Position numbers and translations under genes: made by a program | Assembly: GCA_977020255.1 (NCBI GenBank) | Contig: CDROCS010003291.1 | Location: forward strand, 62,001 to 126,000 | DNA from: Obrimoposthia wandeli | Taxonomy: Eukaryota | DNA: 64,000 nt | Direction: 5' to 3' | Shown: in pieces, positions 1-14,849 of the stretch | How positions within the stretch are numbered: the first letter of the stretch is position 1 | Layout: every line of letters starts with the position of its first letter | The notes under the pieces: generated by a model | What the model was told of the DNA's origin: nothing | Databases searched by the model: none | What the model saw: the letters and a program-made list of their open reading frames with translations, nothing else

Positions 1-1057
1 TTATAAATTACTTATTATGAAAAAGTGACTTTTGTAAACAGCATATAATTCTAAATCTCTTCAAAAACTTTTGATGTTTAACTCATGAAATGCTAGAAGG
101 CACTGTGAAAATTTCCACTGTTTCTCGTGACACCCACAATTTCTTAAATTACGCTCCTAGGGATCGCGATATATAATTTAGGAAACCCTGGGTTAGATTA
201 TTCTGATCAATACAGAAGAATTTCAACTTAAAAAAGAAAGTATTTTCAGGGTTTTCTGATATAGTTTTTGTTGTTGCTTTGATCACGAATTTGATTTTTA
301 TATTCTCATATGTCAGAAGGATTTTGGAATTTGGAATTTTACAAAGTTTTTAAATATAGAATTTTTCAATTTTTCTTTTCCTGGAATTCAATTAATTATA
401 ACTGAACAATTAATTTTACAGTAAAGTTCTATTATCAATTCACTGTTCCAAAGACAAAAATGAAACATGATTTACCCTTTTATAATCGAATGAGCATTGT
501 TATGAGCTTCAAGTCACTGCAGCCAAACTTTCTTAATATCAAAATTTCTTCCTAATTTCGTAAGTAAACCCGAATGATTTTGTGAATCTGATTTTTATTC
601 CAACATTTAACTTTTTCTCTGTCTCGTCTGCAATCGACTAAAATTTTGTATCTGTATCGCGTACTCTTAATTCATTCAACGTGGAACAAGTTACATATGC
701 ATCAGGTTTTGATAAAGATAGCGTTTTTAAAAACGTATCTAATCGATTGTGGCTTATCTGTTCCCCTTATTTCTATCATTTTCTCATTAACCTTCAGTTT
801 ATCTCCACAATTATCATCATCAGAAGTAGCCCAATGTTCGTTATTTTATTGTCGGCATTAACTTAAGATACTAATTTTAAACAATTAAAACAAAGCTGTT
901 ATAATTATACTTAAATAAAAGATTCAAGAAAAAGTTGAAAACTTCACTATTCAAAATATATATTATTTTTGAGCAATAAATCATAAATTTATTGTACTTT
1001 TACGTTATATTAAATATATTATTGTTTTATTATATTTATTGTGACTTCCAAAGAAAA

Positions 1058-1419
1058 TGTAACCCCACATAGCGGAACTGACAGAGCGAGTAGACAACAG
1101 ATCGAAGGCCTACTATGTACGCACGTTAGGAAATGACTAAGGAGCACGATCAAGAAATCATGGAAACAGCATTTTGTAAGAATAAGCCCTCAGACGCAAG
1201 AACAGCACTTGATATAGTTATCATTTCTATTTTGTAATATCCTAAAGATTTCGTTTATCGATACCACAATTAAATCTCGTTGTACAATACACATACCCAA
1301 ATAATAACAACTTATTATATTTTGTTGGGGATTTTGAGGCAAAGTAAACTGATTTATAAGAGGTCTGAGATCTGTAAATAGACGAGAATTGTAAAGATAG
1401 TTTTTTAGAAACCCCAACA
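1058..1419 (+). mobile_element. Diverged LTR relic related to the family
   Basis: Begins TGTAAC and ends tagaaaccccaaca, with an internal TGTTGGGG at 1323. No TSD. Confidence 0.5.
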
Positions 1420-3107
1420 TAGGAAATAGCTTATTTCTAGTCTAACTGTATTACTTTGTCATAAAAATGTTATTAGAGGATTTCCTCTCGTCAGGATTTT
1501 GAGATATCAACATGGTCAGCAAGCACAATTTTAGACACAGCATATTTAGTTACAACAGTTAATTATTCGATACGATCTGTTACGAAAACATGAAATGCTG
1601 GCAAACGTGGGCCAAGTATTTCAGCTCGCCATTTAGAAAGATTCAAATCTGTCGCTAAGTCATTTTCCCGACCCCGACTAATTATAAAGGTTCTCTACGC
1701 ATTGACATTTTATAATTGGTATCCGTAATATTATTTTCCCTAATAATCTCTTCAATATCTACCTTTAATTTAGAAAGTCTAAAATTACAGTGACAATTTA
1801 ATCAAATGACACAAAAAATTAAAATTGCTTGTTTAGACATCAAATCTTAACTATATTGGTTATAGAATTATTTTTGTCATAATCAGGTCGCAAAAATTTC
1901 CATTTTATGCAATGTTACATCTATTTAATTGTTTTCATAAAAACCAAGTTTATAGAGTAACTACGTGCATTGAGTAAATTTATAAAGTTTACATCTATTT
2001 TGGAATATTTCGTGCGTACATAGTAAAATGACAGTATGGTTATGCATATCATAGTGACCAATACAATCTCTAAGAGCACCATTTTCCCCCGATGGTCAAC
2101 ACTACTGAAATTTGAGACATGAACAAGATGAGTTAATTTAGTGACTCCGGTTGCTTAAGTTATTAATTATTCATGCATTTGTATTGTAAATCGAATATGG
2201 CAACAAAGATGCAACTTTAGACAGAAATAGTGCTTGTTTACTTGAGTATCTACATGATTACAAGAACAAATTTAACACCAGATTTAAGCAGCAAAATCAC
2301 ATCGATTTAGTTTAAAACTGGCATCAAAAATAACACCAAATATTTATTGAAAACCGCTTCCTAGTTATTTTACTGAATAACGAAAATATAACAATTTTGG
2401 CAATTCAAATTTCCAATGGAAATAGAAATAAATGTCACAAGCTAAAAGTTACAAATTGGTAACAACTTTATAATATCGTTTCTGATAACGTTACAAATTA
2501 CTGTTTTATTGCTATACGAATTAAAAAATTAATTTCTTTACTATTTACAAATTACGAGAAATATACCTACAATTAGTTTGTTAGGTAAATTTAAAAGTTT
2601 AAACAGAAACTGACAATGACTACACAGTTGAAGACTTTATTTTATGCTCTTTTACTACATTTGACTCTATACTGATAATTTATTCATTGAATATTTAATA
2701 TTCTTTTTAAAACTTTAATAAAATTAAACCAGGGCTACAAATTGTTGAGATAATTTACAATTTTAATCTGTTTCATATTAAAATAACAAAAATCTAACTC
2801 ATTCTTTAGAGGTAAAAATTATTGGGTTATATAACATTGCGACTAATCTCAATTTGTCTAATTAAACGATATAAAAACTTTCAAATATTTTTGTAGGTCA
2901 AGAATTCATTTTAAATTTCAATTTTTGCCTCCTTTTAAATTTTAAAGCATTTTCTTTGTTTAATTTTGTTAGTTTTTATTCATTTGGTAAATATTTTAAT
3001 AAGTCAAAAATTTTAAGATTAAAAGAAACTTTTATTAAGTAGAATTTCTTAAAATAGCTTTTTTCAGACTTGATAATTGTTCTAAAATAAATTGTATAAT
3101 TATAATA

Positions 3108-3800
3108 CAGTTAATCCTCGATATTCCAAACTTGTAAAAAATAATCAGTTTCGGATGGCAAGGTTTTTCTAAAAATTAACATAGATTCACATATGTACAT
3201 ATATTCATTCAATTATTTTCGACAAAATCATTCAATGTAGTTTGTCTCGGGTTTATCGATATTTTCTTTCATTTTGTTCAAATGGTTTCGTAGATCTGTA
3301 TGAAATTTTACAGCAATTTTTTTGATATAAATAATCGACAATAACTTCAATCGTATTGTACACATCTTTGACAGGAACTCCAGCTTCAACAATCATCAAC
3401 GTCATCATCACACATATTTCTAATTTTAATCGAAGAAATAAGTTGAATAATTTCTTTGTCAATGGATGTAGAATTTGCTTCACCATAAAGAATTATTTCC
3501 TTGAAGTTATGGTGACACTTAAAGCGATGTAGCCAGCCATTTGAATAGGCAAAATCACTAATACATAATTTTTTGGGAAACAAATTTGCCTTTTTAATGA
3601 TAATCTCGTCATTTATAAAGCCATTGTTAACATTCGTTAATCCAATCCAAGATGTGAGAGCAACTTCAAAACTTTCTTATAACTTGGATTTTGATTTTTA
3701 AAAAGTTATATTTCTCGTTTTTTAATATTTGATCTAACTTCTTTACAAATTCTTTGGATCATCAATGGTCGATCTTTCTTGAAAAAGTACAACCATTCTG
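3108..3800 (-). mobile_element. Tigger/pogo transposon relic (CENP-B HTH)
   Basis: FEVALTSW...IIKKANLFPKKL..DFAYSNGWLHRFKCHH; TA-CAGTTAATCCTCGATATTCC terminus at 3106. Confidence 0.8.
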
Positions 3801-4749
3801 CAGATAATATACGATATTCATAAATTACAGACTTTTGATAAGTAATTTAAATCATAATTTTATGTCAATGTTATTCGATATGTTTTATTTTAGAATAACC
3901 ATTTTTTTCATAATTAATTTATATGCAGTGCATTTTTAAAATATTTTTATAAACTGCATCTGAATATAATTTTCATTTTTACATTTTAATTTTAACTCAA
4001 TATCTGCTTTAAAATAATGTGAATAATTCATTAATTCATTGTTTAAAAGTATTTGTTAATTGATTTTTTAAAAAAAGATATGTCAAAACAGTTTGCTTAA
4101 TAATATTATATATATTTAGTAAATTAGACAAATTGAGATTAGTTGCAATGTGATTATTTCAAATAATCGTAGTTCTTATATACCTTACTAAACAATAACA
4201 ACGTAACTTCTTTCTTTGTAAATATTAGATAGAGCTATGAATTGTAGGAATTTATTTCTGATTTGGTGTTTACAAATTTTCATTTTAGTTTGAATTATTG
4301 TTTTAAAAATAATCAGTTTATCAGTTAGCCACACAAATTAATAAAGCATGGTGAAAACCTAATTTTTATGAAAAATTTGAAAATATTACTGGACATAATA
4401 TGTAAATCAAAGTTTAAACGAATTAAAAAAATTAATTGAGAAACAATAAACTGATTAAAACCCTAATTTATTTATTATACAATACTATTTTCTCCTTTAA
4501 TAAACGTGTTTGAACTGAAAAACTTCTTTTGATTAATAATAACTTTTATAATATCGCTCTATTTGCATTTAAGTGATTCTTAGTTTTCTAAGTTCAATTT
4601 AAAAAAAATTCACAGATATTCTCTATTGGATTTACGCCAGGAGAGTTTTCTGGACAGGAATCTAATTCATTATTAATGGTAAATTTACCCATGATCTTTT
4701 TCAAAAGTGAGATAATAAGTTACGATTTCCCTTCTTTAAGGTGTATAAT

Positions 4750-5330
4750 CAAGGTGATTCAAAATAGCTTTTACAACTTTAATTCCAAAAGAGAACGCAT
4801 GGTGAGAACATTGATCTATATTTTTATTTTAGAAAGAATCTAAAAGTAACAAAAATAATTTTATGTTTAGGACATAATTTAATCAGTTAAAACTGTCATA
4901 AGAGCCTTTTCTCCAATTTTAAAAAGTTACCAATACAAATGTAGCATGTAAGCGGAAACTTCAAAATATAAGAATTTCACAGTCTTTCAAAATCATATTA
5001 CAAAGATTAGAAAATAAAGTTGAAGACGTATTTTGGATAGAAAAAAATTGAACGATAGTGTAAGAACATTTATATGTTGAAGGTGGAGTTTTGGCCCTTA
5101 AGTTCTAAAAAAAAAATGTGTGGCTTTCAGTTTTTGTGACCGTCTGTATACATGACATATTCTCAGTGGGATTACAGTGATGCAACTCAGGTGTGTCTTT
5201 TGAAGAAATGACCATAACTGTGCTAGTTGCACGCTACTCTGCCTCAAATACGTTGGGTTCCTTTGAAAGGCAAAATATATTTCAACAAAGTTGATAAACC
5301 GTAGTCTACTACAAATTTGCAAACAGTCAA
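4750..5330 (-). mobile_element. Probable Tc1/mariner (rosa-like) relic
   Basis: AAGGTGATTCAAAAT terminus-like sequence and degenerate ...SKEPNVF..TVMV resembling the ENPH..KVTVW region; heavily decayed. Confidence 0.35.
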
Positions 5331-8300
5331 ATAAAAAATAACGTGTTTATGGATTTCTGTGACTAACACAATCTGCCTTTTCTCTTCTTCTCTCGCATGT
5401 TTTTATTGTTGAATACCTGTCGTGAGTCAATTAGATGAAACGACCTCTCTTCCTTTTGCTGATTCTCTGCTTCTCTTTAATTATTTTAACCATATTTTAA
5501 AACACAATCAATCTTAGGTCAGGATTATAAATAAAAGCCAATTTTATTTACATTTCTAAATTTTTTTTCCATATATGTAGCTCAAAATATTTATGATCGA
5601 TGTGACTAACTTGAATATATGGATCAACTGACTGTATTACAGTGTGTCACGATTTTTGGGATTCTCAAATTTAATCCACTTTTCATCTGATGTTACTATT
5701 CTGTATAAAATTCCCTCTCTTTTCAATTTAGATAAATATGCGCATGCGAAAGTGTCATACATCGTAATCCATCAATTATTCTCTTACCGCTATATGTATG
5801 TCACTATGTACTGCGAATTACATTTTTTCTAGGTCTACAATCTACTTAACCTGTAATCACATTAACACTGCACCTAAGTTTTTGGAACAATAGCGGTACC
5901 ACTTGACAACTGACTGGTTTTTCATCTATATAATCCATTTATTTTTTGGCCGCCACATAAGCACTTGCACCTGTTTTAAATCCATAGTGCATAATAGCCC
6001 TTAATCCGAGATTATCATTTTCCATTATCCAAATAACTAAAATATTATACTGTCTAGTCATAAATTTACTTTTAAAATGTAAATATAAATAAAAAAAGAG
6101 CGTAAAATAGAAAAAATTATCGAGTGAAATAGATTTCATTGGGGCCTACGGGAGCTAATGTACTCCGGAGCTTGTTTTAGGTCAAATTAGGCAAACCGAA
6201 ATAAAATAAAAAAAGGTACAAAAACATTTTATAGATTCATTTAAAGTTTATTGGATCATGAAGACGATAAATCGCGACCAAGCCCCAGTCAATTATAAAG
6301 GAGATATCAACATCTAGAGCGACACATCGCCACGAAAGGAAAGTGACCATTCAGTTGAAATTAAATGGAAAATAAATAGCGCGGATGATGAAGCGGGACC
6401 ATTTGCAGAAGTCTTTGGGGACTAATTGATCGATAAATCCAGAATGGGAGAATTAGAGCCTAACGAGGCCATAGTTTGCCTCGTGAAGTTATTAGAACTG
6501 CGTTTGATCGATAATTTCCCGATTAACATGATGAGGTCGAAGCGTATCCACCGTGATATGTGTGTGAAAAGAGAAATTATGGTATTGGGAGAAATGCAAA
6601 GATCACGAGCGATTGAGTGAGAACCAATTTGCACATTATTTGGTCGTGGGGCATCAAGTGTTGATCGGCGGAATGCTCGTTTGAGAGACTTCATTATGCG
6701 TTCAATTTTCGAGTCATTGATTTAACCATAATTGCCACTTTATGCATTAGTGTGATTGTAATGAAAAATGTGTCATAAATAAATATGCTGTCTTAAAATA
6801 CGGCTATGTGTGTTAATTAAATTATTACAATTTTCACATCTTTAAAATTTATTATTTCAGATAAAAATGTAAATATTTAAAATTATACTATATTGATTAC
6901 AACAACAAAAAAATTCAACTTCATTACCTAAACTACTCACAAATCTTTAAAAATCTTTTAATATTTTAAAATATTTCTTCACAATTTTTATTACAAAAGG
7001 TACAAAGTAAATTAAAATGCAAAGTAGCGTTGTTTTAATTTTAAATTTTGAAATCAAATTTCGAAATCAAATTGCAAAAAAAGAAATAATCAAAAATGTG
7101 TACTAAATATATAATTAAGATTGAAATGATAAGATCAGACGCTGTATATTGGGCTAAATATAGCATACACTATAATGAATACAAATTTAAAACTATTGTC
7201 CCCATCCATTCAATCGAAAAAATGAAAAAGATATTATCTTTACATATTGAAATATTTATTGAGTTTCACCAGAAATATATTTCTCAATCGACTCTGTAAT
7301 TTCTGATAATTTATTATTTATAAATTTCTTTTCAATAAAGAAACGATAAAATTTTCTTTACATATAGTTTATTTCGATATGCTTGTTTAATTTTTAGTTT
7401 CAGTATTCAATTATTAAAATTATCAAAATCAATAATAAATTACAATTTTATTGACAAATGAATAATTTATCTACTTATAAATTAAAAAATTCATCGGAGC
7501 TGTAGTTTTAAGTTTCTAATAACTGTATATTAGAGCTATTATTTATTTAAAATTTTGCGAAATAATTATTTTACACAATCTCACACGGATTTTAATTTAA
7601 TACTTCGACATACTTTTAAAAAGTGCTAAAAGTCAATGAGCAGTTCAGCATAATATTTATTCTGACGATTTCATAGTTTTTCACTATTCCTTGAAATGAA
7701 TTCCTTTTTTAATTTAAATTAACATATTTAAGTGCATTTAATGATTTCTATTTTCTATACAATATTAATTGAAGTTAATTTATTCAAATTATTTATTTGT
7801 ACTTTAATTTTATGCAAATAGACGACGATTTTATTTCAATATATCGAATTTAGTTCAATCAGCTATTAATCTTGTGTTTATATATTTTTTTCAAACGATA
7901 AATTCATCTTAAGCTGTTTTTAAATAGTTAAAATAATTATAAATCAATTTAAAGAATGTACAATTTTGTCAAATTTCTCAATTACGTTTTAATAACTATC
8001 CATTGCCATTAAGTGGTGTTTTCAATAAAGAACAAACGCCATAGCGTATATTTTAGGACGATTAATAGTTGCCACTTCAATTTGATACATAATGGTCAAA
8101 CATACTGATACTTTTAGATTATATATAAAATCACATTAGATTTTTATAGTCTAATTTAATTACAAGAGCATACATTTTTTAAATAAATATTTTCTCAAAC
8201 ATATACACATTTGCGTTATTTATACCATGGCATACGTCAATGCCGAATTTATTTTTCCTTTGGATGAATTTTCATAAATACATCGTAATCATAATTATAT

Positions 8301-10224
8301 CCAAAATATTACTTATTTAATTAGCTATAGTACCTACTGAAAATGATTTCAGGACCTGTTCATATACTTTATATTTTATGAAACGGACTGTTAACGAGCA
8401 ATCTTCCAACAGTCAATCGTCGATGAACTCATTTTGAAATTCTAAGACGGATTATAGCTTGAAATTGTATACTTTAATATGCATAATTTTTCGTCCTTAC
8501 ACAAATTCCGGTATATTTTTACAACTGTTGTTTAAAAACGTCGAAAATTTCTACAGCTTTCCTTTATCTAGGGATTGGATTATTTTTCTTCGAGTAGCAT
8601 TTAAGTTGAAAGTTTGATAATATAAATTGATTAAATTTAAAATGTCAATAAAATTATTTTAGTTATTCCAATTATTTTCTAATTGTTTTTCTTAATAATA
8701 TTATTAAGGTTAATTTTATTTTTGAATGTGATTAAATTTTTAAAATAAAATAAAAATCCTATTACTAAGAATGTTTAGAAAATTTAACTGATTATTCTTT
8801 ATTTATTCTGGTAATTGTATTATTAATTAAACCAGCAAAAAAGCGAAAGGTCTCACAACACGCAACGGTGTCAAATAAGTCTTCAGCCCCAAATTTTATC
8901 ATGTTTCTGCTCATGGCTGAGTACCCTTACTCTAATGATGATCATCTTCACCATTCACATCGCCGTCATTCTTCGATTAATGATGGCACACAAGAGCGCT
9001 TAGAAGAGCCTGTCACATCTCATTCAGAAATCAATTAGATCTCGTTATGATATTCTCCAACACCACCGCTGCTTCTCTCTTCTCCCTTTGCTCTTCTATT
9101 CTGTCCCTGTTTGACTCCCCTAATTTGACGGCTTACTACACCCCTCCGACGAAGTCTGGCTGTTACAGCCACCACAGTATTGTCAGCCTATTGCAGATTT
9201 CCCACTCTTTTTCTCCTTCTTCCTATTCTAATATTCGTTTCCCGTTTCCAATTCACACATCTTTTCTTATATATATATATATATCATAATTTCATTATTG
9301 AAATACCGCTTAATTGATTTCCCGACTAATTGGTGCCTGCAAAATCACTTTGAATTGTTTTAAAATTGTTAAAATTGATAAATTATAAATATGGGTAATG
9401 AACCTGTTGAGCATGTCTTGTTGTAAAGACGCTTAATTAAAAAATTCCATGTTTATATCTAATCCCAAATGTATCTAATAAAACAGAAAATTTCTATAAG
9501 GCATTCTTAAAAAGTTTGTTTTAAATATAACTTATTTTAAATTTAATTATAATTTAACGAATTAATAGTAATTCAGATAATAATTAGTAATTTAGAATTA
9601 CTGGATGATTTCATATAATTTATTCTCAATAATAAAACTTTCATTTTGAATTTTAAATCAAAAAACTCAAAAAACTCAAATGGTTCAGAATATTTATAAT
9701 TTACATTACGAAAATAATTTTCACAGAAAACATGTAACTAGTATTTAAAATATAAACTTTTTAAAATAGGGCGATACATTATTTAATTTCGGTATAAGAC
9801 GTAATACTCCCGCCTGGGTATCTCTGAATATTAAAAAGAAGAAGAAATGATTGTTTAAAATGATTATAAATAGTCAAAACTTTAAACGAAACACGATTTA
9901 AAGAATTATTTTTTACGGTATCTATAATAAATCTGTTATGCCAATTTGTTTGTGTAAATAAAACTAAAGTTAGTAATAATTCTGGACTGCCTTTGCTTCA
10001 GTTGAGGAATTGTAATTCACATAAGATTAATAAAATTATTTTTTCGTTAAAAATCTTTGATTACTCCTGTGCAACTAAATTTCCATATTGCTTAATTCTA
10101 TCGTATAGAACCGCTTTAATAACATCAAGATGCAGATCCTCTTCTCACTTCACAGATTCTTTTTTATTATCAACTTACATAAACTGCAATATAAATTAAA
10201 AAAACACCTAACAATTTACCACTG

Positions 10225-10415
10225 CAAACATCAAAATGAAGATAGACAACCAAACATCAAGATGAAGATAGACAAGTAAACATCAAGATGAAGATAGACA
10301 CCCAAATATCAAAATGAAGATAGACAAGTAAACATCAAAATGAAAATAGACAACCAAACATCAAAATGAAGATAGACAACCAAACATCAAGATGAAGATA
10401 GACACCCAAACATCA
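10225..10415 (+). repeat. Minisatellite, 26-bp unit x7
   Basis: CAAACATCAA(A/G)ATGAAGATAGACA(A/C)(C/G) repeated head to tail. Confidence 0.95.
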
Positions 10416-11319
10416 GGCACTTAAAGTGCAACAAATTCAACTTCTGGCATAACATTGACCCAATTAAATAAGAACTTGTTGTTAAGCAATTTTTCTGAAT
10501 CATATAATAATTTTGTTTTAAAGTACCTTTTAATTTGAACAAATAATTTTGATTTTCTTTATGTTTAAGTTTATTTTTCTAATATTTATTTATTTAACAA
10601 ATTTTATAACTTTGAAAATAGTTAATTTAATCTTTTAACTCAAAATTATATTTAACCTAATAAAAATCACATATTTTGAAATAATTTACATAAGCCTATA
10701 ACTTGAAATATTACAAACTTAAAACAAGTCTTGTGTTTATTTTAAATTACATATTTTTTTATATATATATTTAGTAATATTTAGCATATGTTCGACGTCA
10801 ATTTAATATTATTAAACTATAAATTTAATATGAATAAGATTGACCAATCCAGTTAGGCATTATTTCCTGTATAAACTAATGTTGAACTTTAAATATCCTT
10901 TAAAACATGAATGAGAATCTTGTTTGTTCAATTTCCACAATTATAAACTGTTCGAGAAAAAGTAATTTAAAAAATGTAAATAAAATTTTAATAATATTAG
11001 TTTAGTTAAACAAATTTAATGTTCAGCATTAAAAATAATTATATTTATTTACTTATCTATATACGGTATGCACATTTTATTTTTAGCAATACAGTTTTAA
11101 CCATAAACATTTGTCACTATACTTTTGCAACGCAGTATACGTTTATTAATTTATTATTTTATGAATAATATATAAATTGTTGCTATTTACAATTATCACC
11201 TAAATATGTTCCCTAAGAAATGCCTAAAGTATTAGGAAATTTATCAATTTCAGTTGAACAGAAATAATTGTTTAACATCTTAAAGGACGTATAATTATGT
11301 AATATTAGAAAAAAAAATT

Positions 11320-11770
11320 ATTCATAGAAAAAGAAAACAAGCACTGAGGTTCTGACAGTAAAGACTACTATTGAAATTACCCCATCTTTGTAGTAATGCA
11401 AGTGCGTTGATCCCATACTTTTTACTCGGTTTCTCAACCTATTCCTCAAACTCTTCATTTGATTCTTTAACCTCTTTGCTATAATATCCCAGTGATGCCT
11501 TCGCTTGTAGGGTAGTTTCATCGACAATAATATGGTTATTCCTAATTTGCTTGAACCAATCTAGCAAGCATTTGTTGACATCTTCAAGTATAGGTTTTTT
11601 AAACTGTTTATCATCAGATTAAGATTTGGATCAACGTCTCATTGAGTGAAACTTTTCTTTTGGTTGGCAAATATTAGACAATGTGGAAGGCGATATTGAA
11701 GGGGAGTAGCAGTACATCATCTTTAAATTATCATTTTTGTCAACATAGTCAAGTACTTATTCTGTGTTAA
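11320..11770 (-). mobile_element. Tigger/pogo transposase relic, internally deleted
   Basis: ISPSTLSNI...EDVNKCLLDWFKQIRNNHIIVDETTLQAKA (Tc5/CENP-B HTH) on the minus strand. Confidence 0.75.
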
Positions 11771-13449
11771 ATTATTTATAGAAAATCATTTAACAGTAAA
11801 TTAATATCAGAATTATATAGGAAAAATTCAGATCCTATCCAGGAAAGTGATGTAATTGGAATTTATTAGCACAACACTACCGTCAATTTAACTCCACAGC
11901 TGGTCTCCAGTGTCTGCCTAAAGCCCCCTCCCCTTTGAGTCTCGCACAACTTGAAGCAATAAATTTCCGTCTAGGCGCAACATCGCAAAGGCAGCAGTAG
12001 CAGCAGCAATATCGAAATTTATGTTGCCTCTTTGCTGTAAATTGGAATTCCCAACAAATTAAATTCACTGTAGCAGGACTCATGACGATGAGCTGAGCTT
12101 GAATCGGCTATCATTAGTGAACAGGTCTCCAGGGTCTTCCTTCTAACCAGGAGCGACTAAACTGGGAGAATTCTGGACAGGGCCGACCTCTGAATGACCT
12201 TGTATCAGCTGTGGTCTGATTAGCTAGCTGTTCAAAACTGGAATAACAGATTAAAACAGTTGTGCATATTCTATTTTTCATACTATTATACATACATATG
12301 CTCATTCATCTCTATTACAAATGAGTTTTACAGATTTTAATCTTTAGAATAGTCTCAAAAATAAACCAAAAACAAATTTGCAATCCTTATTTTATTTAGC
12401 AGTTTTTAGAAGATATTTTTAGACTTAAAATTCAAGTATGGTAAAGATAACATAAATGTAAATTTTTATAGAAAGACATATCTCTTTAAGGTTTTGTTTA
12501 ACTAGATTAATAAAATGGATTGTAAATTAAAAAAAATAAAATTGTCCTATAACATATTTTAATACAAAATAAATAAAAAACGAAGTCAAAAATGATCCAT
12601 TCCTTCCAAATACGTTCAATTTTTCTATGTAATTTCCCCATATTTGTTTTCATTCTTTAATAATTGCACGTTCGAGTCTTTTAACGTACTCACATTGAGA
12701 ATTATTCATGCAAATTATATTTGATAATATTAACCAATCTTTTTATAATATTCAAGTCTGTGGTCATAGACAAATATAGAAAAGTTATATTATTGTTATC
12801 TACTTAAATAGGGCATATTTAACAACATATAGCCAATCGTCATCTTCCTAGAGAAACATAAGCTCGATCGTTTGTGAACTTTATTCAAAGTTTGAGCTTT
12901 CAACATTGTACATATTTTAAAGAAACTACTTTTTAAACATAGCCAAAGTATTTACTAACCTGGACATCCATTATTATTAATATCTATCTAACAGACGAAT
13001 ACTTTATTTTTGGTTCTTTACAATACATCATTTTTTCAGACCTTTTTTATAATCAGTTGATGCATTCAGACCTGGAGTTTTTCCAGCACTTAGATATTTT
13101 TTCGTTTACACCGTAAAGTAATGATTGTTGGATTGAGAAATGTGAATTATCAGTACAACATTGAATTTAATTTACAAAAATATTTTCTTTTTATCGTTTT
13201 CTATGAGCTATAGACAAATCAAGTTTAACATTTTTTGTTGTTGCAAATTATTAATATTACAAAGACGAATAATGAGGTACAACATCTTTTCGATGAATCA
13301 TTTCAGGAAGGATTACAGGAAAACAATTTTATCTGAACAAAAATATAAAGATCTTACGAGAGACAATATTAAGATATTGGTAAGATACCATATTATTAGA
13401 ATAAAGAAATCGAAAACAAATAAATAAAATTTATAGCCAGATTTAGTAA

Positions 13450-14400
13450 ATATTTCTTTGTATTTCAACATTCAGTAGAGGAAACGAGATAATATTTCAT
13501 TCAAATCTTTGTAAATGCCTCTGGTAAAAAAGTAAAACTTTTATTTGCTGAAACAAGAACTAAATATGTACCAGAACTGTTTTTTCCGAGGGTTATAAAA
13601 TAGATAGTGAATATAATTTAGGTAAATTCATAATAAGGAAATTCAGTAAATATTTATATAAATGTGTTACATTAGAAAATAGAAAGCTGACGTTAACGGT
13701 AAAAAGTATAACACGAGTTTTCTTTGATGTTTAACACTTAAATCTCGGTTTATCAGGTCATGCTTTTGAAACCTATATAGTAAAAACTATAGAAGGTAAA
13801 AATCAAGGGAAACATTTAAATGCTATTAATCAGATATATATATTTATAGGAGTGTAAGTACAACTTTTGAAATCAATATGGATATCTGAAGGTCAGACCA
13901 AAATTGGCAATGTAATCGAAATTCGTATAAATCAGCTGATGTATCTTCTCGTTAGTTTGTCATCTACAAACAATTTTGAAGGAAATATTAGGGAAGATTT
14001 CAGTTAATTAATTAATTCCACATACAGAACCAAGACAATTTTAAAATAATAATAGAAGCTTATATAGTAGAAGCCAACAGGATGGTGACTACCATATTTT
14101 ACTGATAAACAATATGGATCTTGTTGAATTAGAACATTATCTAGATTTGACTTTCCTATATTGCAGACTCAGTCGATTTATCTCGAGGTTAAGGAAGGAC
14201 CACATATGATCTAATTATGCCAACTTTTAAGAAGCATGTACTTAATCAACTTGATATTGTTCTACCAGAAGTTACTGCTTGAATTAGAAAATGTAAATCT
14301 GGTAAAAGTCAAGAAAGTAGCAGATTCAAACGACAAAAAGCACAAATTTGCTATAAAGTTGAAAGAACAATATTTGAAAATTGAGTTGTGCCAAAACTGA
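13450..14400 (+). mobile_element. Degenerate Gypsy-like pol relic
   Basis: Stop-riddled frames, including HVLNQLDIVLPEVTA.IRKCKSG..RFKRQK, resembling an integrase zinc-binding region. Confidence 0.35.
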
Positions 14401-14849
14401 ATTGTGCATTTTTAATAAAGCTTCACTTGAAGAAATATTTATAGCTAATTTAATCAGAAACAACTTTAACCGATTAAGAATTGAATATTAATGGTTCCAA
14501 TAGTGATTATTTAGATTTTAATTATTGATAACGAATAAATCTATGTCTTCTTTATTCTAACACTTATAATATACAGACTATCACACTTCTACTACTGCAG
14601 CTTTGTCTGTCTATCATATAGCTAGACATTTACATGCACACGCAAGGTAGTTTAAAGTGCGTAACAATCTTCTAACTTGGTCTTCAATTTGTCCAATTCA
14701 AATCGACTAATTACTAATTGCTGATTAAGCAAATATTTATTAATCTTCAATTAGTCATCAACAAACCCCTACCATGATCAGACCTAATCATCAATCAAAT
14801 CAACATAATAAGACATAATTTGAAAAAAAACACTCATGTTCTCAACTAA

